The position numbers and the translations under genes are program-made. A DNA stretch of 64,000 nt from Octopus bimaculoides (Eukaryota): assembly GCF_001194135.2 (NCBI RefSeq), contig NC_068982.1, positions 171,649,379-171,713,378 of the forward strand. Direction: 5' to 3'. The notes beneath the pieces were generated by a model. The model was given only the letters and a program-made list of their open reading frames with translations, did no database searches and was not told the DNA's origin. Positions within the stretch are counted from its first letter, which is position 1, and each line of letters starts with the position of its first letter. This document shows, in pieces, positions 23,079-34,600 of the stretch.

Positions 23079-23729
23079 GAGTAATCTTCTAATGTCACAT
23101 TCTTGAATCCAGTAAGCTGACAGCTTTAAGTTACCGGAGCATCAGCGATGGATTGGCATCATATCTTGAGTGCATCATTCAGTGTGAAAAGATTAATCTC
23201 CTATCATCTGACTTAGCGTTACAAAGTCAGATTTTAAATGCTGTAACTTCTTATATTTCTTAGAAGGATTCAAAAACCATTTACACCTTTATCTTTTGAA
23301 TACAAGCAATCAGCTGCAAACTGTATCTCGACAATTTGTATATAACAGTATTGGTACAACCAACCTACCCACTTGTGCATAAGAATGTAAGATCGAACAT
23401 AGTACCAAATGAAAAATTAAAAAATAAACATCTCTTTAAAATATCATTTCGTTAATTTGATTATCATACAGTGTTTTGTACTATTATTATTGGGCTTTCT
23501 GCTTGTTTCTTTTTTGTTGTTGTCGTTTTTATTGTTTTCCCGAAGTGTGTCAGTATTGAAGATGTTGTGTGTCGTAGCTGATAGCATACTATTATTGGTT
23601 GTGGTGAGCTATGGCGTAGGGCAGTGAGAGAGATGGGATTAGCTTTAACGCTATTTGCACACCTGAACAGCCTAAAATAATTGAAATGCCAACCACTTCA
23701 ACTTAAAGCAACGCCAGCTAAAAAAGAAA

Positions 23730-24460
23730 AACGATGACGATGATGACGACGGTAATAACGATAGAAACAACATCAACAATGATACTAACAAAAACAATTA
23801 CAGCAACCAAACCGTTGTGACAAGATGAAGAACGGAAACTTGTTGCAAGAAAGATAATAATAAGGGGAGCATCAGCACCGAAAATAACAACAACAACAAA
23901 ATCAATTAAACAATATTAATAACAGCAATTAGAAGAAATATAACAGGCAACTGCAATTATTGTAATAAGAAAGCAACAATGGTGTTAAGAATAATATCAA
24001 CAAGAAGAAAAAACACTACAATAACATTATGAAAAATAATAATAATAACAGAAGCGATGTTGCTACTTCTACCGCTGTTATTTCTGCCGCTGTTGCAGTC
24101 GCAGCTATTCATGTCACCGCAGCTGCTGCCACCGCTGATACCATGGTCGCTGTTCCCCACACTGCTGTTTCCGCATTTGCTCCTGCTGTTGCCACTACTG
24201 CTGCTGCTGCTGCTGCTGCTGTTGCAGCTAGTGATGATGATGATGATGATCATCATCATCATCATCATCATGATCATCATCGTGATTATGACGATGAAGG
24301 TGATGAAGACGATGACGGCGAAGGATAGGGAGGAGATGCTAAATGATAAAAAAGAGTGAAGACAATGTCAGATGCAAAAACAACTAATTATATTCGCAAC
24401 ACAATACAACAACAACACCAACGACAACAACCGCAATCAAAACAAGAACATCGACAACAA
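23730..24460. repeat. Degenerate trinucleotide array (CAA/GCT/GAT/CAT)n
   Basis: Direct reading of the sequence. Confidence 0.85.
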
Positions 24461-24829
24461 CAATACACCAATATTCTATTTTGACGACTGACAAGTGCAA
24501 TTCTTTCAATTTCCTTTTAATCTTTGTGCCATTAATGCCACATTTCTGCCAAAAGTTTTTGATTGGATCCTTTCTTCGAAGAATTGTTCTAGGTCTTTGA
24601 TGATAGATTGTGAGAGAAAAGGAAATAAAGAAATCGAAAGAGTGGGTTAGTACGACACTGGGGAAGTTATATTTTGGAGAGTTTCCCCAAAAAAATTGGT
24701 GAAGAGAACTAATAGAAATAATGGGCCTCATCTGACTAAGAAGAAGACCGATATTGAAATTTGTCCCCAGAAAGTTAGTGAGACACCGGTCACAAGACAA
24801 ACAAACGAATTTATCTGAAAACTCAATAG

Positions 24830-24855
24830 ATAGATGCAAATACAGACAGACTGAC

Positions 24856-24935
<80 letters not shown>

Positions 24936-25211
24936 CGACCGACAGACAGACAGACAGACCGACAGACAGACAGATAGAGAGAGAGAGAGATATGACAAAC
25001 AGACAGACAGACAGATAGATACATAGACAGATATCTTTTTATTATAGTCACACAGGGCTAAATACAGAAAATGGACAAATTACAAAGTAGAGCTTTTCTT
25101 GGGGTGGGGGGGATAATTTTGATCAAAAGGGATCGCGGAAAAAAAAGGTGGGGATTTCGATCAAAAGGGATCGCGGGAAGAAAAAAAAAAAGAAGATAGA
25201 TAGATAGATAT

Positions 25212-25300
<89 letters not shown>
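24830..25300. repeat. (GATA)n/(GACA)n tetranucleotide microsatellites (24830-25030 and 25195-25300)
   Basis: Direct reading of the sequence. Confidence 0.95.
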
Positions 25301-25689
25301 GTTGACATTTCCAGAAAGAAATAAAATAGGGATAAAAACACATCAAAGTATAAGTAATGAATGAGATGGAATCAATCTGAAGTAAAAGAAATCTCAAAAT
25401 CACATCACTAAGGAATCTGTTTCTTGAGAATGCAAACACCTTGTTTTTTTAAACCGTAGCAAAATGTTTGCTTTCACTTATGAGCAGTTTGTTGAAATTT
25501 CCTTACAACCAATTAATTTTTAGATTTAACCCTATGACCTTATTATCTTTCGCAATGGTTTGATGGTAGTGAAGATGGAGTTAGTGTTGGAAGCGATCGT
25601 TTGATGTATTACTGGATTGATGTTAAAGGTACTGTTCGTCGAAGTGTGAGTATGCATGTGAGTATATATGCTTCTTTTATCTACTCTAG

Positions 25690-26067
25690 ATACAAGGCCT
25701 GAAATTACGCAACTGGTACTTAATTTATCGACCCCGAAAGGATGAAAGGCGAAATCAACCTCGGTGGAATTTGAACTCAGAACGTAGCGGCAGACGAAAT
25801 ACCGCTAAGCATTTCGCCCGGCATACTAACGTTTCTTATTTCTTTATTGCCCACAAGGGGCTAAACATAGAAGGGGCAAACAAAGACAGACAAAAGGATT
25901 AAGTCGATTACATTGAACCCAGTGCGTAACTGGTACTTAATTTATCTACCACGAAAGGATGAAAGGCAAAGTCGACCTCGGTGGAATTTGAACTCTGAAC
26001 GTAAAGACAGACGAAATGCCGCTAAGCGTTACGCCTAGCGTGCTAACGTTTCTGCCAGCTAACCGCC
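25690..26067 (-). mobile_element. Head-to-tail dimer or nest of two family A SINEs
   Basis: The tail CAATAAAGAAATAA of a full copy (25836-26067) is fused to GAAACGTTAG inside the A-box of a second copy (25690-25835). Confidence 0.8.
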
Positions 26068-26090
26068 TTGATAAGTGCGTATATATAGGA

Positions 26091-26330
26091 AGGGCACATG
26101 GCCTAGAGATTAGGGTGTTGCACTCAGCATCACGTGATCGAGAGGTTCGTTGTCTTTTTGAGCAAAACACTTTATCTCACTCTTGTTCTGTGATCACTTC
26201 GACAACTGTCGTGTGGCACACCGAGCTCCTGTACCTCGATAAGTTGGAAGGAAAGGGCTACTTTACAACACAAGCATTTGATCGCTCTAAGCAAACATTT
26301 GTACTGGTTGTTCAACAAGAGGAGGTAGAA
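26091..26330 (+). mobile_element. Diverged tRNA/CORE-type SINE
   Basis: GGGCACATGGCCTAGAGATTAGGGTG (A-box-like)...TTGAGCAAAACACTTTATCTCAC (CORE-like). Confidence 0.6.
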
Positions 26331-26544
26331 CCCGACTATCTCGGACTACGAGACAACCGCCATCATCCGCGTCATTAGCACAAAATAGGGTTTTCCCGAA
26401 TTATGATGAGATATAATGATTGGTATATCATACAAATAATTACATGCGCATCGATTTAAGGTACACTGATAACATCGAATATTCACATATATGTGTGCAT
26501 GACCCACAGAATTTCAAAGGCACATAATTAAACAATTATTTAGA

Positions 26545-26700
26545 CGCAGGCGTGGCTGTGTGGTAAGAAGCTTGCTTCCCAGCAACATGGTTCCGCGTTC
26601 AGTTTCACGCGGCACTCTGGGCATGTGACTTCTACAATAGCATTGGGCCTACCAAAGCCTTGTGAGTGGATTTGGTAGAGGGAAACTGAAAGAAGTCCGT

Positions 26701-26703
<3 letters not shown>
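26545..26703 (+). mobile_element. Family B SINE, 5' half
   Basis: GCAGGCGTGGCTGTGTGGTAAGAAGCTTGCTTCCC, an uninterrupted head showing the pre-insertion state of the 19.7/22.2 kb target. Confidence 0.9.
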
Positions 26704-26741
<38 letters not shown>

Positions 26742-26826
26742 TTTATTATTAAAGCTGCAAAATCATCAAAAAAACTGCTACTGAGTGTTCTACGCTCCTG
26801 TTCGTTGAACAGTTTAGATTGATAAT

Positions 26827-26868
<42 letters not shown>

Positions 26869-26975
26869 CTGTATTCATTCTCCCGTTACCCTATATAATC
26901 TCCATTTCCTTCCTTTTCCAAAATAACTCCTTATATTGAACTCTAACATTTCCCGCTGTTTAACCATATCACAGC

Positions 26976-27023
26976 GTCTCTGATGAAAGGATATCGCTAA
27001 CATCCCAGAAACAGCTGCAAGAC
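26976..27023 (+). ncRNA. Minimal type-I hammerhead-ribozyme-like motif (probably inactivated)
   Basis: GTCT-CTGATGA-aaGGATatcgctaacATCCca-GAAA-CAGCTG-CA-AGAC. Stem I is GTCT/AGAC, stem II is GGAT/ATCC and stem III is the palindrome CAGCTG. The cleavage triplet is GCA instead of GUH. Confidence 0.55.
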
Positions 27024-28176
27024 TAACTTTTTCTTTATAAATGTCCTGAAAATTTCGAAAAGCCTTGGCTTTGCTGCCTCATTTTATTTATCAGTATTTG
27101 CGAGGGGAGGTCATTGCTCCCGTGCTTAGCCTTACATGATACACACGGAAAGAGAAAGAGAACATTGCAAAGAATGAGTGAACTAAATATGAAATGAAAA
27201 AATAGTATAAGCAAAAGGGCATTACTACAGATGTATATGCCCCCGATTTTGTTGCCTTATAACATCCAGAAAAATGGATATCTTAACAAAATTTTCTACA
27301 AATATCGCTTAGATATTGTGGCTTTATAGTATATGGGAATTATGAGAAAGAATTTTGCGAGGGGGTGGAGGGATGATTTTCAGAAAATTCACACGTTTTG
27401 ACTTTTTTCCCTCATAACTTTCAGGAAGATGAGTATCTTTTAATGAACATTTATACAAATCCCTTTCAAACGGCATCGATTAAGATTATAAAGAAATTTG
27501 TGAGGAAAACTTTTTCGGGGATTTTCCCCATTTTTCTTTTAAACTACAGCTTTCGAAATGATGGGGTTGCGTGGGGTGAATCCAGACCAATTTTGGCCAT
27601 TTTCTTTTTCTTTTGCACTTCGAAATCATGGGAAGAGCATTTTCGGTAAATTTCTTTTTTTAATTGTTAATATTTTCAGAGGAGAACGTGATTTAAGGCC
27701 GATTTGGACGCTGTTTCTAGCACATCCAAAGACAACTCTCCTGATGTCATTATCACTCGCGTGTATTGATGTTTTTCAATATTTTTCCCCCTTAAATACC
27801 TTTACATGATATAAAAAGGAAAATTTGAGAAATTATGAATTTTTTGCAACCCCGTTTCCTGCTCCCTTTTGTTTCTGTTTAGAGAAGATTATTGCTGAGA
27901 AGATTATTGCTGGCAATTATACACAGTGACGGAGATGTACTTGCATAGCAAGTGACTTGATCGGAGATCGTGTGCTGAAACAAAGACTATTGCAGCGTGG
28001 AAGATGTTTGTAAACCATCCAAGAACACACAAATTTCAAAATTAAAACATCATTTGTGTAAAAATATGTGAAACCGCGACCTGTTCACTAACAAAACTTC
28101 ACAAAAGTGATGCAGCACGAAGTTTTGTCAGTGAACAGCACACACACACACACACATATATGCATACACAAGCATT

Positions 28177-28215
<39 letters not shown>

Positions 28216-28469
28216 ATCTATGTGTGTGTGTGTATCTATGTGTATCTATGCGCGAGTATGTATTTGTGTTTGTGTGTCACAACTTTTGTGTTTGGAAACT
28301 GTGAATACCTTGCACGTTCTGAGTACCTGTCGGTAACATTTTGTTTTTCTCCTCGTCTTCTAATAGTAATTACCCAACTTTCTAGGCTCTTTTCACAGCT
28401 ATCCCACGTTCAAAAATTATCCGAGTATTTTTTAAAATTTTCATTAAATAAATAATCTTTTAACATTAC

Positions 28470-29330
28470 GTATACATTAATAGCGAATTAAAACTTTAAA
28501 AAGAAAATGAGAGACTTTGCAAATGAAAATGGAATACTCCGCAGTGAATGGAATGAATATTTAAATTTGTGATGAATAGGACACAGTGAATATCTAAACT
28601 TGCGAGAAATTGGAGTTGATAAAATTCAATGAACTTGAGAAATCGAAATTATAGGAAATTTCTTAGAACATGAATTTATAAAAATATCTCCAGACGGTCA
28701 ACCCTTTAATAATTGCTTTCTTTTAGTAATTGTTACATACCTAATTAATAAGCAGCTTTCTCCATTGTAGTATAGATTTTGTCTGTGACAGATGGAAATG
28801 TCACGGTTTGAATACTTTTTATTGTGATCTATTCAAGACTGGTCAGGAATTAAACAAAATAGCAACATTTATATTAACAGTTCGAAGAAAATAGATTGTG
28901 TTCAAGATAAAGAAGGATTCACAAAATTAATATCTGAAATGAAAGTGTCATTGCTTGATTTCAAAAAAAGAAATGTTACAGAACCATCTTGCCCTCCAAC
29001 CCTGGCAGTATACCAAACAGATAATGTTCCCGTTCGTTCTGCCAAATTATTTAAAACGTTTCTCAAAGATCATGAAACATGAAACCTGAAGAAAAATTGT
29101 TTGGCATATTCTTAAGTCAAAACAGAATTCAAGGAATTCTAGAAGCAAGAAATCTTTATTTGCGCGATTTTGGGGAGGATTTGGTGACAGTAAGATAAAA
29201 GAGATATATAAAAAGAGCCAGTCAGCAAAGACCCATTCATTATTAAGTTTTCCTTGTGAGTAAACATTATTATATATTTCAAATCTGGAAAGAATGAAAA
29301 ATTTCGTCAAACAACGGCAATCATTTTTGA
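28470..29330 (+). pseudogene. Decayed coding-like sequence of unknown family
   Basis: Non-repetitive A-rich stretch with consecutive open segments across shifts and stops (EIIGNFLEHEFIKISPDGQPFNNCFLL; DFVCDRWKCHGLNTFYCDLFKTGQEL; KIDCVQDKEGFTKLISEMKVSLLDFKKR...; KPEEKLFGIFLSQNRIQGILEARNLYLRDFGEDL). Family not recognised. Confidence 0.3.
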
Positions 29331-29903
29331 AAAAGAAATTAATTATGCAATTTTTTTTTTTAATCAGAGGATTTCTTCCTTACGTGAATTGATTAACGAT
29401 AAGAAGCAATTCACACCGGAAGGCGTTTAGTATTCTGATTTAGATTTAATGTCTCTTTAGTGAAAGCACAATTCTACGTTTGCGTTGCGTTTTGTTTATC
29501 CTACCGCTCAGTAGTGCTTTTATTAATTTATCGGTTTACGTTACTAATAATTGTACTGGTACCACAATCGGGCAGATTAGTTTAGTTCTCTTGTAGTTTT
29601 TGCATGCTAGCTATAGCTATAGGCTATTATTCTCTCTGAATAGAAACTTCTAACTCATCCTTGACGAAAGTTTAGTAAGTGTCGAAACTATTCAGATTTA
29701 TCTGGAATTTCTTCTTTCGTTTTTCTTTTTTACATTTTTTTGAAAGAAAAAGGAAAAGCTGTAGTTTAACCACAATGCGCATTTTTCACAGCCAAGTTAA
29801 ATGCATGCTTACCAAAACACGCACTGATATGTATGTGAAATTTGTCAGTATATACCTATGCAATCATGTTTCTGAGTGCGCGCGCGAGAGAGAATGTGTG
29901 TCA

Positions 29904-29934
<31 letters not shown>

Positions 29935-30520
29935 TGTGCTCGCGCGTATAAATGAATAGAGGGAAACATGCCGCCAAGCATTCACATATGCTTTATATAA
30001 ATTCTCTAAATTGTTTCAGATTTAAAGCTGCGGTCATGCTGTCGCACCAGTGTTGGCTTGTGCGCCATTATTTGAAACCTCTTTTGATACGTGGCATTTG
30101 GTGAATGAGAGAGTCTGAAGCAGCTTCCCTCATCTGTGTTCCCTGTCGTGAGGTAGGCTCATCTGGAACCCTTGATAGGAGGTGATCTGGTTTTGTTTTG
30201 AAGATACCTTTATATGTATATGAATTTCAATTCCACAACAGAGCATGGTGTTTCCTAAAATAATTCATGATATTAGTGAACGCTAGTTGAAAAAGATATT
30301 GAATCGTCGACTGAGTATCAAATAAGACTTGCTCTGAGAAATAAAAGAAATTTGGTAATAAATGGAATATCGAATATGTGGGGAAACAAAGTATCTAATT
30401 TGCAAGAATAAGAAATCCTGGGAACTAGATTAACGAACACTTAGTATCTAGTATGTGTATATGTGTGTCTATATGTGTGTGTGTATGTATGTATGTATGT
30501 ATGTATGTATGTATGTATGT

Positions 30521-30630
30521 CATTATTCAGTTTATTTTCAAGATTTCTTGCCAATAGAGAAGGAACCGGTTTCTAACCTAGATCCAAGTTTCTTTCATTA
30601 GAATATCAAAATCAACAACAGAACATTTTT
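30521..30630 (-). mobile_element. Extreme 5'-truncated copy (3' UTR only) of the 33 kb RLE LINE family, embedded in (TATG)n
   Basis: Matches 33013-33120 (TCA.ATTCAGTTT..TTTCAAGAT.TCTTGC.AAT.GAGA..GAACC.GT.TCTAACCTAGATCCAA). (TATG)n lies at 30483-30520 and 30634-30664. Confidence 0.75.
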
Positions 30631-31111
30631 GTTTGTATGTATGTATGTATGTATGTATGTATGTAGAGATTTGTATGTTTTTTGTATGTATGTATGTATG
30701 TATGTATGTGTGTCAGATGGTGGCTTCTCCCTTGGTTGCAGATTTGCTCATACAAAAATTATTTAATACTCTCAGCTATAGTGGAAAATATTTATTTAAT
30801 CCTTGAGACGGTGAGTCGCCACTCAGAGTTTCTCGTTCCGTCTTCACACGCATTAAGATTTGGAAATAGATATACATATGTGTGTGTACGTGTTTCTTTG
30901 TATTATATATATATATATATNNNNNNNNNNNNNNNNNNNNNNNNNNNNNNNNNNNNNNNNNNNNNNNNNNNNNNNNNNNNNNNNNNNNNNNNNNNNNNNN
31001 NNNNNNNNNNNNNNNNNNNNNNNNNNNNNNNNNNNNNNNNNNNNNNNNNNNNNNNNNNNNNNNNNNNNNNNNNNNNNNNNNNNNNNNNNNNNNNNNNNNN
31101 NNNNNNNNNNN

Positions 31112-31144
<33 letters not shown>

Positions 31145-32996
31145 CATATAAATATATAGAGACATATATATACGTATGTATACATGTATACATACACACC
31201 ATCCGATAGTTGTATATGATCTTATTGCTTATTATATTATATTTCCTTTAGTAGAGAAACCAACTGCAGGAAAATCTATTTCTGTCAAATTAAGCAACGA
31301 GAAATTTCTCTTTAAGCAGAACTTTTAGCTCTCTTGGCTTATTCATTGACGATTGCTAGCTACGGTATCTCCACATTAATCACTTAAGCATCAAATTAAG
31401 CGAAGCTAATGGCAATCTGTACAAGCTACATTACAATGTAATTAAAACTATCTGCATATCGGTGTACTACTTTTTATCTTCTTATTGTGTTTAATTATAT
31501 ATTCCTAGCATGGTTCTTTAGCATCCTTTTCCATTTCCACCAAAATGCAATCAGTCTTCTGATACATATAAGTTAAACACTATTACATCTTGGCAGAATC
31601 TCCTGCGTTTTTATTCTTTTATTTTTATGATTATATATCACTCTGAGTATAACGCCTCTCTTAGGAATAACTTATTCTTTAGACGATAAATTGCTAAAAC
31701 TAGAGAGATGTTTTTGAAATGAATTCGATAAGCCAAAAGTTATAAAAATACGCTTCTGCTCATGAGCTTCTGCGAGCAAAATTGAGATTGAGCAATGGGT
31801 AACGGATGACACCCAAAACAACGAATTAATGTTTCGAAACTTCATGTCGGTTGGCTGTTTGTATCTTCTTTTTTCTTTAGGGAGTGAAGAAAGAGAAAGA
31901 TTCGCCGACAAACTGTGTATGTGTAAGTAAAATATGGGCAGAAAATATGACGAACTAGAGTCCGTAACTACAGAAGATACACAGATACAACATTAATGCA
32001 TTGGAAGAGAGGATAAACCAATAAGTGAGGCACTCCAACCGTGACAAGCTCGTCTTGTTTCGTGTGTAGGTAGTATAAGGTTACATTAGTCAACGTCTAT
32101 TTTCTTTTAAGACGTTAGGTTGTGGATTTACAAATATTTGGCATTTATTTTTAACAGATCCAGAACCACTTTTATTAGAATACCTCTCGCTCGAACACGG
32201 TAACAATGACAGTATCAATAAAAATATCAAGAAGATCTTAAACGGTTTGAGTCTCAACCAAATAGACATGTAGACACACTAAAGCGTTTGCTCATAAGTA
32301 AACATGCACACGCGATCACAGCTGTGTGTTCGCTAGATTTCTCTGTTTTGTTTGCTAGTGAGCTTCTCTTTATGTCGTGCGTGAGAGACATTCACATATA
32401 TCTGTCTGTCTGTATATATGTATTCATGTATATGCCAATGTACTCTATCGTTCTCTAGTTGTGTTTCATTGCTCATTTTTTTTCTATTAATTGCAAGTAT
32501 AATAGGTGATGTGATAGAAATAAGCATATGATATTACCACATTGTCAATATTTATTTTGTCACACTTGTAATATTCCGATGTATGTAAATATATATATGC
32601 ATATGGAAATGTATGTGTATATATGTGGTTATGCACCAAAATATATGTATACGTATGTGAACACACACACACACACATACACACAAACATGCGTGCACGC
32701 AAAGATATATATATATATANNNNNNNNNNNNNNNNNNNNNNNNNNNNNNNNNNNNNNNNNNNNNNNNNNNNNNNNNNNNNNNNNNNNNNNNNNNNNNNNN
32801 NNNNNNNNNNNNNNNNNNNNNNNNNNNNNNNNNNNNNNNNNNNNNNNNNNNNNNNNNNNNNNNNNNNNNNNNNNNNNNNNNNNNNNNNNNNNNNNNNNNN
32901 TATATATATATATATATCTTACTAATAGAGAAAAAGATTTCTAACGTGAAAAGGATGCACTTTAATTGGAATTTAGACACCGATAACACGGTAATT

Positions 32997-33870
32997 TATG
33001 TATGTATGTATGTCATAATTCAGTTTTATTTCAAGATGTCTTGCTAATGGAGAGAGAACCTGTATCTAACCTAGATCCAACGCCATTTCATTGGAATTTC
33101 ACCAACATCTACACGGTATTTTTGCCTGTATGTGTGAATATGTGCAGTATTTGGAGTCAGTGAATGTGTACGTTTGTAGGCTTTGTCAGCGCATGTGTAC
33201 GTTTGTTTTATGTATTCTCATGCATATAGTTGCATGTCTAGACATGCGCACATGCATTTAAATGCTAAATTTCTGGGAAGTTTTACAAATTCTTAGTTTC
33301 AATTATGGCTGGGATGTGTAATTTTCGAATCAGTTTCTCTTTTCTGGTTTTGAGAAACCTAATTTCTCAAGATTGGTGCTTAGACAGTGTGTTACATGTC
33401 CCGTACCCCAATAATTACAGCTATACACCTGAATATGTAATCCGGGTAGAGCAACTGCTGATTTCTCAATAGTTCATTATAGGTGTTTTCTGATTCATTA
33501 ATTTTCACCTCGTCGTCAACATCCGCTGGGCAGTTGATTTCCGCTAATGTACACATTTTCTTTCCTCCCTCCTCAATCACTGTTTTTCTCTTACGTTTAT
33601 ATTTCATTGCAATTTTCCCTGGGACATTCCACCAATACTCTTTCTTATTATGTGTGGCTATGGCATCCACCATACTCTGGTGGATGCCATATTTCTTTGG
33701 GCTCAGGATTATCTTTTCCAGCAGGTTTCATTATACAGTATCTTGGCTCAACAGTAGATGATACCACGATTATATTTTTGGACAACTGCTTCAATGTCTG
33801 AATGTATCTGCGTGCGTGCATGCGTGCGTGTGCGTTTGCGTGTGTGTTTGTTTGTGTGCGTGTGTGTGTG

Positions 33871-33921
<51 letters not shown>

Positions 33922-34600
33922 ATTCACGAAAGGGAACATGTCCGGATCTTGCTCAACTTCTTCAATATTTTACGTATTTTAGCAGTGGTTCTGTTGGTTT
34001 GTATTTTTTTTCTGGTTTCAGATATCCATTTTCTAGACATCAAGTTATGTACCCAAATGCTCCAATACGCACAAATCTAAAGCTATTGTCCAAGGGAGCA
34101 GCTGAAGATTTCTCATCGGTTCGGCATTAATCATTAAGCAGTATGTTGACATTGGTTAGGTGACTTGATTACTAGATAGAATTTTGTTTCTTGTGGTCGT
34201 TTTATGCTTACATTTTAATGAAGGCCTAATAGACATCTTCTAATAGAATTCCTTATGTGTAATTATGCCATCAACATTACTGTAGCTACATGTTTAATAG
34301 TTGTTGAGTTCATTATGTGGCGGATATTTTTCACACTGCTATGTCACAGTTGACATTTGCGCAGTACAACATGAAAACTTAAAAGCGTCCCTGCATCTCT
34401 TGTTGATCAGATTTTTTATAGCTATCTCTGCTCCTTGATAGCAAAGACGTATCTATCTAGGTAGGATGTGATGTATCTATAACAAGATCAGGCGAGATTA
34501 GGCTTCTTGTCAATGTTCTTGGTATCCTTTAATTTGCATAATATTCTGCTGATATGATGAATCTTTTTCCTCCAAGTTTCTACTTAAATAGGTTAGTCAA
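32997..34600 (-). mobile_element. Decayed R4/NeSL-type RLE non-LTR retrotransposon (RT C-terminal, zinc-finger and endonuclease region, 3' UTR, (CATA)n tail)
   Basis: Frameshifted segments LDRYVFAIKEQ..IAIKNLINKRCRD..KCQL*HSSVKNIRHIMNS (about 34460-34320), AKILYNETCW, ATHNKKEYWWNVPGK..CTLAEINCPADV..KINESENTYNELLRNQQLLYPDYIF..VIIG, and THCLSTNLEKLGFSKPER..RICKT. A microsatellite and unassigned sequence interrupt it at about 33800-34300. Confidence 0.75.

Noticed and set aside
24480-24620. DLEQFFEE...KNFWQKCGI on the minus strand, faintly like a mariner C-terminus
   Set aside because: Too short, needs a frameshift, and has no catalytic motifs nearby.
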